From Oscillospiraceae bacterium (GTDB lineage: Bacteria; Bacillota; Clostridia; Oscillospirales; UBA929), in NCBI GenBank assembly GCA_031253545.1, contig JAIRWH010000009.1:3066-67065 (forward strand): a stretch of DNA of 64,000 nucleotides, given 5' to 3'. Below are positions 9,468 to 18,203 of this stretch, one piece after another; positions within the stretch are counted from its first letter, which is position 1; every line of letters starts with the position of its first letter. Under the pieces are notes generated by a model. It had not been told where the DNA came from and did not search any database. It saw only the letters and a program-made list of their open reading frames with translations. Made by a program: the position numbers and the translations under genes.

Positions 9468-9507
9468 CCCCGCCCCCCTCCCCCTTCCCGCGTGAGGGGG
9501 AGGGGGG
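9468..9507 (-). other. Intercistronic G/C-homopolymer stem-loop overlapping a four-tract G-quadruplex motif (SBP-permease spacer)
   Basis: A perfect 13-bp stem pairs 9473-9485 with 9495-9507 around a 9-nt loop. The sense (minus) strand reads GGGAAGGGGGAGGGGGGCGGGG across 9489-9468. Confidence 0.7.
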
Positions 9508-9550
9508 CGTTCCTGTTCTGCGGCAGCCGTCGCCTTCGGGGGCGATAGCC

Positions 9551-10900
9551 TCAGTTTTTCAGCGCGGCTTCGGTCAGGCGCGCGCAGAATTGCTCCGGCG
9601 TGATGTTGAAATACGCGAGTTCGGGCAGGAACGTGGAGAAAGCGTCAATCACGTTTTGGTGCCAATAGGCTTGGTTTTGCCCGTATGTCACCTTCGCCCG
9701 CGCCGCCGTATCCAGCACCTTGGCCATCAGCGGGTCGCTGTTTTTCAGGCGGGCGGGTATGGTAATGTGCGGCGATACCGGCTGCAAGCCCGTCATCTCC
9801 AAGGCAAGGAGCTGGTTTTCCACGGTGGTGGAATATTTCAGGAAAGCCACGGCCGCCTCTATTTTCTTCGGGTCGGTCGCTCCCACCATGTCGCCCGGCG
9901 TGGGCACAAGCGACATCCCGCCGCCCGGCAGCAGCATGACGCCCACCTTGTTGTAAAAACCCTCCGGCGCTTTTTCCGTGTTTCTGAAATCGGGTATCAT
10001 CCACGGCCCGTTCGGGAACATGGCCACTTCCCCGTTGAAGAAATGCGTGGCCATGGGGTCGTATCTGCCGCCCACGGCATCCGCCGTGGTATACTGCGAG
10101 AGCATACGCTGCAGTTGCGCCACGGCGCTTTGCACCTGCGGAATGTTGAAATTCGTGGGAAACTCCGTGTTCATCCACGTTTCGCCCGCTTTGCTCTGCG
10201 TGGCAATCAAGCCGCAAAGCCAGAGGTTGGAAAGCCAGCCGGAATCCGCCGTGTCCATGCCCACGGGCGTTATGCCCGCAGCCTTGAAAGTTTCGCACGC
10301 CTTGAAAAATTCGTCCCAGCTCTCAAAGGCCGTTTCGGGCGGCTCGATGCCCGCGCGGGCGAAGAGCTCCTTGTTGTAGTAGATATACGAGATTTCCTTG
10401 GACACGGGCACCCCGTAAATCTTGCCGTCCACCGTGTTAAACTCTATCGAGCGGTCGTCGAAGAGCGCCCTCCACGCGGGGTCCGCGTCGAAGTACGGCG
10501 TGAGGTCCCTGACCTTCCCCGCGCGCGCGGCCAACTCGGTGATATTGTTGCCCCCGTTGAGCACGATGTCCGGCAGGGTGCCGCCGGAGATGAGCAGCTT
10601 GATTTTCTGGTTAAACGCGTCGGTGGTGGGGATTTCCTCGAAATTGAAGCGCACGTTTTTGCCCGCCTCGGTTTCAAGGAAGCTCTCGAAGAGGTACTTG
10701 TAGTAATCCGCCGCGTAGTCCACCCCCACGTGGTAGTTGATGACATTCAGCGTCACCTTCCCGTCTGTGTCCTTCGTGCCCGACGCGGTTGCCGGCTGCT
10801 TGCTCGGAGAAACGCTCGCGCAGGAGCAGAGCGAGAGGAGCATTGCCGCCGCCAGTGTTACCGCCGCCATCGCGGTCGCCGCTTTTTTGTGCCTTGTCAT
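9551..10900 (-). CDS. Extracellular solute-binding lipoprotein of the carbohydrate ABC transporter
   Basis: Start is MTRHKKAATAMAAVTLAAAMLLSLCSC (lipobox; ATG 10900, SD GGAGGG). The body is SBP family-1-like. The track ORF start at 11128 is an upstream extension. Confidence 0.9.
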   Translation of the reverse strand: MTRHKKAATAMAAVTLAAAMLLSLCSCASVSPSKQPATASGTKDTDGKVTLNVINYHVGVDYAADYYKYLFESFLETEAGKNVRFNFEEIPTTDAFNQKIKLLISGGTLPDIVLNGGNNITELAARAGKVRDLTPYFDADPAWRALFDDRSIEFNTVDGKIYGVPVSKEISYIYYNKELFARAGIEPPETAFESWDEFFKACETFKAAGITPVGMDTADSGWLSNLWLCGLIATQSKAGETWMNTEFPTNFNIPQVQSAVAQLQRMLSQYTTADAVGGRYDPMATHFFNGEVAMFPNGPWMIPDFRNTEKAPEGFYNKVGVMLLPGGGMSLVPTPGDMVGATDPKKIEAAVAFLKYSTTVENQLLALEMTGLQPVSPHITIPARLKNSDPLMAKVLDTAARAKVTYGQNQAYWHQNVIDAFSTFLPELAYFNITPEQFCARLTEAALKN

Positions 10901-11048
10901 TGTCTTTCCCTCCGTTTTCTCATATTTTTGTGGGCCCGCGTTAAGAGTAACCCATTCCAACCTCCTATGGAATAAAGGATTTTGACCTGTTCTTGAAATA
11001 TCTTGCGCTTCCTTTCCCGCTGTGCGATAATAAACGCGGGGTGTGTAT

Positions 11049-12608
11049 ATGGGCGGACGGGCGAAGGCTCTCGGGCGCACCAACCTCTTTGTAATCTGCT
11101 CTGTGCTTGCCGTTATGGCGTTTTCCATGGCCTCGGCGGGCTTCCTGTTTTACGCCATGGGCAAGGCCCTGCTCACGGACCTGTATGGCGAGGAGGTCGT
11201 GCGCGAACTGACCCAAATCAACCGTGCCGCCGCCGACCAAATCTCTCTTGTGGATACGCTCTATTCGCAAATGCTCCAAAACCCGCTCATATATGACAAC
11301 CTCGACCCCGTGACGGACGCGTACAACAAAAAAAGCCCGCGCGAACGCAGGCTTGAGATTGAGCGCGGCCTTATGGGCATATTGTCAAACCATCTTCTTT
11401 GGAACGCCGGCGTGCTGCGCGGGGTATATATCCACGACGCGGACGGCGCGCCCGCCGCCGGGAGCAGCCCTGCCGCCGGCCTCCCGGCTCCCGACGCGAG
11501 CGACCCGTATTTGCAGATACTCACGGGCGATAATTCGCCCGATTCCGTCTACTTTGTAAGGAACATATACGGCGCCGGCACGGGGCGCAGAATCGCCTCG
11601 GTCACGGCGGATATATCCATGCGCGAATGGGCGCGCCTTTTCTCGGAGGGCACCGACGGCGAATGGTATATCTTCCTGTGCAACAGCTCCATATTCCTCT
11701 CTTTCGGCGCGTTGCCCGACAGCGACGAGGTTTCCGCCGCCATCATCGCCGCGGCCGACGCGCAACGGGGCTTCCTGGAGCTTACCGTGGGCGGCGAGAG
11801 GTATCTGACGGCATCAATGGACATATCCTCCGCCGACCTGATGTCCGTGACGGCGGTGCCGGCGGACGTTATGCTTGCCGGGCTGCGCCGTTCGCTCGCG
11901 CCTTTTGTCTCCGCTTACGCCCTTATAGCGGCGTTGACCATGGTCTTCGCGGGCTTCACGGTCTACCTGGCCGCAAGGCCGCTCCATCAGCGCCGGCTCC
12001 TCTTGAAAAACGCCGAAATCGCGGCTCTGCAAGCGCAGATTAACCCGCATTTTTTGTTTAACGTGCTCAACACCATAGCGTGGAAAGCGGAAATTGACGG
12101 CAGCGGCGATGTGCGCGATATGGCGCTCTCGCTCGGAAAGCTGCTCCGCGCCAATATCCTCGCCCACGACAAAACCGTTATCACGCTCGGCGAGGAATTG
12201 GACTATACGCGCTACTATATCCACTTGCAGCAGCGCCGCTTTGAGGGCAAGTTCACCGCCGACTTCCGTATCTCCGTGCCGGAAGACACGCCCGTGCCGC
12301 GCCTGTGCATACAGCCGTTAGTGGAAAACGCCATTCTGCACGGCTTTGAGCCTATGCCGGACACGGGCGTGCCGCTGCGCCTTGTTGTTTCGGCAGAACC
12401 CGAAGACGGCGGAGTGCTCGTGGCGGTGGAGGACAACGGCGCGGGCTTTGCCGACGATGACCGGGGCGGCAATGCCGCCGGCCACACGCATATCGGCTTG
12501 GAAAACCTACGCGAGCGTCTCTTGCTCTATTGCGGCCCGAAAAGCCGCCTCACCGTCGGCAGCGGCGAGGGAGGCACGCGCGTGTCTTTCCGGCTTCCGG
12601 GAAAGTAA
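11049..12608 (+). CDS. YesM/LytS-type sensor histidine kinase
   Basis: It has two TM segments around an extracytoplasmic domain, the His_kinase block LQAQINPHFLFNVLNTIAW, and an HATPase region (VEDNGAGF). The ATG at 11049 is preceded by GGGGTG. Confidence 0.85.
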   Translation: MGGRAKALGRTNLFVICSVLAVMAFSMASAGFLFYAMGKALLTDLYGEEVVRELTQINRAAADQISLVDTLYSQMLQNPLIYDNLDPVTDAYNKKSPRERRLEIERGLMGILSNHLLWNAGVLRGVYIHDADGAPAAGSSPAAGLPAPDASDPYLQILTGDNSPDSVYFVRNIYGAGTGRRIASVTADISMREWARLFSEGTDGEWYIFLCNSSIFLSFGALPDSDEVSAAIIAAADAQRGFLELTVGGERYLTASMDISSADLMSVTAVPADVMLAGLRRSLAPFVSAYALIAALTMVFAGFTVYLAARPLHQRRLLLKNAEIAALQAQINPHFLFNVLNTIAWKAEIDGSGDVRDMALSLGKLLRANILAHDKTVITLGEELDYTRYYIHLQQRRFEGKFTADFRISVPEDTPVPRLCIQPLVENAILHGFEPMPDTGVPLRLVVSAEPEDGGVLVAVEDNGAGFADDDRGGNAAGHTHIGLENLRERLLLYCGPKSRLTVGSGEGGTRVSFRLPGK

Positions 12609-13327
12609 TGCGCAGTGTGCTCATCGCGGACGACGAGAGTATTATACTCAAAGGCCTCTCGGAGTATATACCGTGGGATACCGTCGGCTGCGCCGTGAGC
12701 GCGGCGGTGAAAGACGGCCATGAGGCCATCGAGGCCATAAAGAGCAACCCGCCCGACATTGTGATTACCGACATAAAGATGCCGCGAAAGAGCGGGCTCG
12801 ACGTGGCCCGCTTTGTGCATGAAAACTGCCCGAATATTCAAGTAATCATACTCACGGGCTTCGCGGAGTTTGAGTACGCGCGCCAAGCCATCGCCTACGG
12901 CGTGGCGGAATACGCCTTAAAGCCCGTGTCCAAAGACAGTCTTTTGGAGTCGGTGGATAGGCTCCTGCAAAAAGCGGCGACGGAGCAAAAGCCGGAGCAA
13001 AGGGTTAGGCGTTACCGCCCGCTCGTGGAAAAGAGTATGCGCCATATCCGTATCCACTACAAGGAAAACCTCTCGCTCGAATCCATCGCCGCGCTCATAC
13101 CCGCAAACCCCTCGCACCTGAGCCGCACATTCAAGAAAGACACGGGCGAGAGCCTCACGGAGTATATCAGCCGCTTCCGCGTGGAAAAGGCGAAGGAATT
13201 GCTCACGGAGACGGATATGCTCGCCTATGAGGTGGCGGAGGCCGTGGGCTTCAACGACCCCACTTATTTTTCGCTTGTGTTCAAGCGTTACGCGGGCGTT
13301 TCCCCGAAGGATTTCAGAAGGGGCTGA
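12608..13327 (+). CDS. YesN-type response regulator (REC + AraC-family HTH)
   Basis: N-terminus is MRSVLIADDESIILKGL...DIVITDIKMPRKSGLD. The C-terminal AraC HTH ends GFNDPTYFSLVFKRYAGVSPKDF. A TAATG overlap links it to the kinase stop. Confidence 0.9.
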   Translation: MRSVLIADDESIILKGLSEYIPWDTVGCAVSAAVKDGHEAIEAIKSNPPDIVITDIKMPRKSGLDVARFVHENCPNIQVIILTGFAEFEYARQAIAYGVAEYALKPVSKDSLLESVDRLLQKAATEQKPEQRVRRYRPLVEKSMRHIRIHYKENLSLESIAALIPANPSHLSRTFKKDTGESLTEYISRFRVEKAKELLTETDMLAYEVAEAVGFNDPTYFSLVFKRYAGVSPKDFRRG

Positions 13328-14609
13328 CGCTGTATCCGGCGGCGGTCATCATAGACAATAGTTTGAGGTAATCGCCGTAGTTGTCGCCGTTGTATTCACC
13401 CGACCCGCGCCACGACCACAGCGCCTCGCCCCACCGCCCCCCGCCGCCGGGCATACAGGCCGCCGTGACCAAAAACGGCGCGGCAAACACATCCGGGTCC
13501 GCCGCTCCCGCCGCCGCGCCGTCTAAACGCATGGGTCCGAGGCGCTCCGGGTCGCCCCCGGCCGCGCGCTCGGAAAAACAGTGCAGCGGCTTTATCACCG
13601 TTTCCCATAAAGAGCCGTTGGGCAGCGGCGTATCGCCGTGGCGCAGGTAATCCGCCCCCAGCCGCCAGGGCGCGCGGCAGGCGTTATAGGAATACGCCCC
13701 GTCGTCGGCCTCCAAGACCTTGCCCTCGGGCGCGACCCACGAGTTGCCGCGCCGCACGGCAAAGTCCGGCAGCAGCCCCGTGGGGGCGGGGTTGCGTTCG
13801 CACAGGCAGCTGATTACGTTATACGACGCGTCCGCCACGCTCGCCCAGTCGTGGCGCGAATCCGCCGCGGCGAACGCTTTGATATGCTCCGGCATTATGT
13901 CCGACAGCCTTACGGCGCTGCCCATAACCCCTTCCGCGCCCTTTGCCCAGTCGCCCGCGAGCAATACGCGCAGCCGCTCATGCACGCAACGCTCCCACAG
14001 CCCGCCGAGCCTTTCGCGGGCAAGCGCGCCGTAATTGTATTCCCCGCCCTCGCCCCACAGCTTTTGCGCCGCGAGCAGCGCGAATATTATGTCCATATCG
14101 CCGTCTGTGGCGCACCCGCCGCGCTTTTTGTTGACCCAAAACGGCGCCGTCTTCACACCGCCCTTTTCCCCGTAACCCGTTTTGTCGCCGCCGCGCTCGC
14201 CATATCCGAAGAGCTGCCAAGCCATCAGGCGTTTATCGCCTGTTTTTGCGCTCGGAAACGCGAGCGCCGCGCGCAGCAGGGCGTTGAAAAGCACCCGCAG
14301 CGACCCGAAACCGCGCTCGCGCGTTGTGGCGGGCAATTCCAAGCCGCAGCCTTCCGCGTAGGCCGTCATCAACAGCCCGTAGCCTTGCGATTCGGACGTG
14401 GTTATATGCGAAAAGGCAATCTCGCCCTTTTCGTAGGCCCACCTCTGACAATGGCGCATTGCCGCGCGGCACCTTTCCGCCTCGCCCGACCCGTTGGAGT
14501 CTATGATAATATCCTCGGACATAATGCTGCCAAACAAGGCGGCGATTTTACGCCGTTTCTCGCTTTCGGTTATGGGCATAACCGAAACCTTCACCCCATC
14601 GCGTGTCAT
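13314..14609 (-). CDS. GH8-family glycoside hydrolase, no signal peptide (cytoplasmic exo-oligosaccharidase type)
   Basis: TSESQGYGLLMTAYAE matches the catalytic Glu region. ATDGDMDIIFALLAAQKLW is a near match to the GH8 signature A-[ST]-D-[AG]-D-x2-[IM]-A. The start is uncertain: 14609, or ATG 14579 preceded by GGGGTGAAGG. Confidence 0.7.
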   Translation of the reverse strand: MTRDGVKVSVMPITESEKRRKIAALFGSIMSEDIIIDSNGSGEAERCRAAMRHCQRWAYEKGEIAFSHITTSESQGYGLLMTAYAEGCGLELPATTRERGFGSLRVLFNALLRAALAFPSAKTGDKRLMAWQLFGYGERGGDKTGYGEKGGVKTAPFWVNKKRGGCATDGDMDIIFALLAAQKLWGEGGEYNYGALARERLGGLWERCVHERLRVLLAGDWAKGAEGVMGSAVRLSDIMPEHIKAFAAADSRHDWASVADASYNVISCLCERNPAPTGLLPDFAVRRGNSWVAPEGKVLEADDGAYSYNACRAPWRLGADYLRHGDTPLPNGSLWETVIKPLHCFSERAAGGDPERLGPMRLDGAAAGAADPDVFAAPFLVTAACMPGGGGRWGEALWSWRGSGEYNGDNYGDYLKLLSMMTAAGYSVSPF

Positions 14610-14651
14610 TCAAGCAACGCCCCCCGGTCTGTCTCCGTTGATTTCCGCGCG

Positions 14652-14694
14652 CTCAAACAGGGTCTTGCGCCGGTGCCACAGACACAAGACCCTG
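14652..14694 (-). terminator. Rho-independent terminator after the MCP-2/small-ORF unit
   Basis: A perfect 10-bp stem CAGGGTCTTG/CAAGACCCTG (14658-14667 and 14685-14694) is followed on the minus strand by TTTGAG. Confidence 0.55.
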
Positions 14695-14711
14695 CCGCGT
14701 TTATGGGGGAT

Positions 14712-14951
14712 TCAGCCTATGCCGTTTTCTTTCTTCCAGTCGGTGGCCGCTTTTTCGGTGAGCACCTTAATGTCCGGCACGGGATATGGGCTGTCGGGGC
14801 CGCCCGCGCCGTAAATGAAGTGCTTTCCGTCTTCGGCCACGAAGAGTTGCTCCTCGAAGCCGTCCGGCTGACCGTATTCGCCGTGGTACTTCTGCCCGAT
14901 GTGCTTGCCCGTGTCGGTGTTGTAGGTCTTTTTGTTGATGGTCTTCTTCAC
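14712..14951 (-). CDS. Small hypothetical protein (about 79 aa)
   Basis: The ORF reads VKKTINKKTYNTDTGKHIGQKYHGEYGQPDGFEEQLFVAEDGKHFIYGAGGPDSPYPVPDIKVLTEKAATDWKKENGIG. GTG 14951 is preceded by GGGGGTG at 6 nt. The composition is non-repetitive, unlike the alternative-frame artefacts. Confidence 0.45.
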   Translation of the reverse strand: MKKTINKKTYNTDTGKHIGQKYHGEYGQPDGFEEQLFVAEDGKHFIYGAGGPDSPYPVPDIKVLTEKAATDWKKENGIG

Positions 14952-14985
14952 GCCGGACACCCCCACAAAAGATTATTGGTTGTTT

Positions 14986-16860
14986 TTAATACTTGCCGTA
15001 ATCGTTGGACTTAGCGTCGAAACTGCCCTTCTCCGGCATGGCGAGGCGCTTCTTGGCGGGAGCCGCCGCGCCCGGGGCGGAACCGGCGCTCCTCTGCTGC
15101 AGCCTGCCCGTCTCGCCCGCGAGCTTAAACTGCGAGATGAGCTCTTCGAGCAGGCTGGACTGGCTGCTCATTTCCTCGGACGCGGCCGCGCTCTGCTCGG
15201 CTGTGGCGCTGTTTTGCTGCACCACCTGAGCCACTTGGTCTATGCCCGTGTTAATCTGCGTGATGCCGAGCGACTGCGCCTCGGAGGAGCTGGCAATCTC
15301 GCTCACGAGTTTGCTGCTTTCGTTGATGCCGGAGACAATCTCCGCAAGGCTCGTGGCTGTCTCTCCGGCGATACGCGAACCGAACTCGGCCTTTTCCATG
15401 GAGCTTTGTATCATGTCGCCGGTCTCCCTGGCCGCCTCGGCGCTCTTGGCGGCGAGGTTGCGCACTTCCTCGGCCACCACGGCGAAGCCCTTGCCGTGCT
15501 GCCCGGCGCGGGCGGCCTCCACCGCGGCGTTGAGGGCGAGGATATTGGTCTGGAAGGCGATGTCGTCTATGACCTTGATAATCTTGCTGATGTTGTGGCT
15601 GGCTTGGTTGATGTCGTTTACGGCGGTCATCATTTCGTCCATCTGGCGGCTGCCCTTTTCCGCGCTGCCTTTGATGGTGTTGGCGAGGGTGGCGGCCTTC
15701 GTGGCCATTGTGGCGTTTTCTTTGGTCTTCTCGGCGATTTCGGTAATAGAGGCCGAGAGCTGCTGCACGGACGCGGCCTGCTCCGTGGAGCCTTGGGCGA
15801 GCGACTGCGCGCCGTCGGCAATCTGCTTGGAGCCGGTGGACACCTGGGAGGTGGAGGAGCGGATTTCGCTGAACATGGAGTTGAGGTTGCTCACCATGTT
15901 TCTGAGCGAACTGCCCATGGTGTCTGCGTCGGAGAGGGTGGCCACGGAGACGGAGAGGTCGCCGTCGGCAATGGTTTTCAGTTCGTTGGAGATATTGGTG
16001 ACGTGGTTGATGAAGGACGAGGACGCGGCGATGGTCTGGCCGATTTCGTCCTTGGCCCTGGAAAACTCGGCGATGGCGCGGCCTTCATCGGGGGAGATGG
16101 AGATGTCGCCCGTGTTGCCGGCCTTCTTCATGAAGTTGGCGAGCATGGTGAGCGGCTTGCTGATGAGGTTGGAGATGTATACGCCGAGGAACATGGCGAT
16201 GATGACGGCGAGCACGAGTACCACGATAATCACCGTGAGGAGGGTGGTAAACAGCGCGTCGCCGGCGTCGTTGGCATCGGAGGCCACTTGGATTTTGAGC
16301 GTGAGGCACTGCTCGAAGTTGTCGGCCACTTTGTTGATGTCGGCGGTGTAATCGCCCATGGTCTTGTAAAGCTCGTACGGGTCGCCGCCGGCCATGGCGC
16401 CGTTGTAGATTGTGTCAAGGCATGTCATAAACGAGCCGTGGTAGATGGTCTCGGCCTCGGTAAACATCGCCATCGCGTTCGCGCCGGCATCGGTGGAGGT
16501 GTTGATGGTTTCTTTGTAGAGGGCGAGGTATTGGTCCATATCTTGCTGGTAGGTCAGCACCCGGGAGTGCGCGTCGTTTACGAGGTCTATGCCGTCTTGG
16601 GCTTCCTGGGCGTTGTCGCCCGCTTCGCTTATTACGGCCGCGCCGATGATGTACTCGCGCATACAGGCTCTCTGGCGCTGCATGGATTCGATGATTTTGG
16701 TCATGTACGGCATGGGCACCGTTTGGTTGTCATACATATTGGTGAAGCTCGTGTTGATTTGCAGCATGCCGTAAATGCCGATAATGCCCACGGCGGCGGT
16801 GAGGAGGGCGACGATGAGGAATCCGAGAATCAGCTTCAGCGATACTTTCATGTTCTTCAC
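14986..16860 (-). CDS. Methyl-accepting chemotaxis protein (MCP-2)
   Basis: It has a TM segment [24 protein letters not shown], an extracytoplasmic helical domain, HAMP, and the signalling hairpin [40 protein letters not shown]. The start is one of GTG 16860 (GGAGG 8 nt upstream), ATG 16851 or ATG 16875. Confidence 0.9.
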   Translation of the reverse strand: MKNMKVSLKLILGFLIVALLTAAVGIIGIYGMLQINTSFTNMYDNQTVPMPYMTKIIESMQRQRACMREYIIGAAVISEAGDNAQEAQDGIDLVNDAHSRVLTYQQDMDQYLALYKETINTSTDAGANAMAMFTEAETIYHGSFMTCLDTIYNGAMAGGDPYELYKTMGDYTADINKVADNFEQCLTLKIQVASDANDAGDALFTTLLTVIIVVLVLAVIIAMFLGVYISNLISKPLTMLANFMKKAGNTGDISISPDEGRAIAEFSRAKDEIGQTIAASSSFINHVTNISNELKTIADGDLSVSVATLSDADTMGSSLRNMVSNLNSMFSEIRSSTSQVSTGSKQIADGAQSLAQGSTEQAASVQQLSASITEIAEKTKENATMATKAATLANTIKGSAEKGSRQMDEMMTAVNDINQASHNISKIIKVIDDIAFQTNILALNAAVEAARAGQHGKGFAVVAEEVRNLAAKSAEAARETGDMIQSSMEKAEFGSRIAGETATSLAEIVSGINESSKLVSEIASSSEAQSLGITQINTGIDQVAQVVQQNSATAEQSAAASEEMSSQSSLLEELISQFKLAGETGRLQQRSAGSAPGAAAPAKKRLAMPEKGSFDAKSNDYGKY

Positions 16861-16931
16861 AACGGGTACCTCCATTATGTGTTTATTTGGTCTCAGTCAA
16901 AACCGGGCGGACCGATACTTACCCACCACGC

Positions 16932-16960
16932 ATTATACGTTAAAGCCGCGCCGTTGTCAA
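16932..16960 (-). promoter_or_regulatory. Sigma70-like promoter for MCP-2
   Basis: On the minus strand: TTGACA, 17 nt, TATAAT. Confidence 0.5.
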
Positions 16961-17069
16961 GCGTCTATTTCGTCATTTTTGCGAGTTTTGCAAACGGGGT
17001 GTAAAACGCCGCGCCGCGCCGCGCCCGCCCTTTGCCGGAAGGGGGGGATAAAGCGCGCGAAAAACCACG

Positions 17070-17098
17070 TTGCATAACTCGAAGCGTTATGCTATAAT
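17070..17098 (+). promoter_or_regulatory. Sigma70-like promoter for the REC-HD-GYP/hybrid kinase operon
   Basis: TTGCAT, 17 nt, TATAAT. Confidence 0.55.
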
Positions 17099-17112
17099 CG
17101 GTTTGACAGGGG

Positions 17113-18201
17113 GTGAGACGCTTGTCGGAAGAGCGGAAAACCATCGTTCTCGTTGACGACGACGTCACAAATCTCACCATCGCGAAGAACTCGCTTTCCT
17201 CCGGCTACAACATCATCACACTCAATTCCGGCCTGAAGCTCATCAGGCTTTTGGAGCGGCAAACGCCCGACCTCATCCTCCTTGACGTGGAAATGCCGGA
17301 AATCAACGGCTACGAGACCATCAAGCTGCTCAAGGCAAACGCCGCCACTCACGACATACCCGTTATATTCCTCACCGCCAAGAGCGACAGCGACAGCGAA
17401 TACGCGGGCCTTTCCCTCGGCGCGATAGACTACATTATCAAGCCCTTCTCCCCCCCGCTCCTGCTCAAGCGCATTGAAGTACACCTGCTCGTCGAGGCTC
17501 AGAGGTTAGCCTTGCTGGAGTTTAACCAAAACCTGCAAAGCCTTGTGGAAGCCAAGACCCGCTCTGTGATTGAGCTGCAGAACGCCATCCTCAAAACCAT
17601 GTCCGAGCTTGTGGAATACCGCGACAACATTACCGGCGGCCATATCGAGCGCACCCAAAGCTACCTGCGCGTGCTCGTGGACGAGATAGTCCGGCGCGGC
17701 GTATACGCCGATATAGTCAGCAAGTGGGACCTCACGCTACTGCTCCAGTCCGCGCAACTCCACGACGTGGGCAAGATTGCCATACGCGACGACATCCTGC
17801 TCAAACCCGGCCGCCTTTCCTTTGACGAATACGAAAAAATAAAGGTGCACGCCGCTTTCGGTGAGCATGTCATCGAAAAGATTATCCAATCCACCACCGA
17901 CCAAGCCTTTTTGGAACACGCGCGCATATTCGCCGGCACCCACCACGAACGCTGGGACGGCACGGGTTACCCCCTTGGCCTGAAGGGCGAGGAAATCCCC
18001 CTCCAAGGCCGCCTGATGGCGATAGCCGACGTATATGACGCGTTAGTGTCCTCCCGCCCCTACAAAAACGCTTTCACTCATGAGGAAGCGAGAGACATCA
18101 TCGTCTCCGGCAGGGGCACACACTTCGACCCCATCCTCGTAGACGTGTTCCAAGACGTATCCGAGGAGTTCCGGCGTATCTCCGACGGGCAGGTGGAATA
18201 A
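17113..18201 (+). CDS. Response regulator with HD-GYP output domain (putative c-di-GMP phosphodiesterase)
   Basis: REC domain: IVLVDDDVTNL...LILLDVEMPEINGYE...VIFLTAK...DYIIKP. HD-GYP domain: LHDVGKIAI...HHERWDGTGYPLG. The start may instead be TTG 17122. Confidence 0.9.
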   Translation: MRRLSEERKTIVLVDDDVTNLTIAKNSLSSGYNIITLNSGLKLIRLLERQTPDLILLDVEMPEINGYETIKLLKANAATHDIPVIFLTAKSDSDSEYAGLSLGAIDYIIKPFSPPLLLKRIEVHLLVEAQRLALLEFNQNLQSLVEAKTRSVIELQNAILKTMSELVEYRDNITGGHIERTQSYLRVLVDEIVRRGVYADIVSKWDLTLLLQSAQLHDVGKIAIRDDILLKPGRLSFDEYEKIKVHAAFGEHVIEKIIQSTTDQAFLEHARIFAGTHHERWDGTGYPLGLKGEEIPLQGRLMAIADVYDALVSSRPYKNAFTHEEARDIIVSGRGTHFDPILVDVFQDVSEEFRRISDGQVE

Positions 18202-18203
18202 TC

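Noticed and set aside
9185-10975. 596-aa plus-strand ORF, one of the longest in the track
   Set aside because: It is entirely antisense to the solute-binding lipoprotein gene, which has a clear lipobox and SBP features. Its composition is Arg/Gly/His/Pro-rich and repetitive, with no SD. This is a typical stop-codon-poor antisense frame of high-GC DNA.
13314-13327. Convergent gene-end overlaps (yesN-like/GH8 at 13314-13327; hybrid kinase/murJ at 20774-20777) as possible regulatory antisense modules
   Set aside because: Short 3'-end overlaps are common in compact genomes. Nothing in the sequence, such as extra hairpins or promoters, suggests a specific mechanism.
13638-15014. 458-aa plus-strand ORF
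   Set aside because: It is antisense to the GH8 gene and to the small ORF. It is Arg/Pro/Ala-rich with no recognisable motifs.
14932-17004. 690-aa plus-strand ORF
   Set aside because: It is antisense to MCP-2. It is Gly/Arg/His/Val-rich. Its apparent similarity to ORFs 2717-3064 and 61474-62181 is just the mirror of MCP sense-strand conservation.
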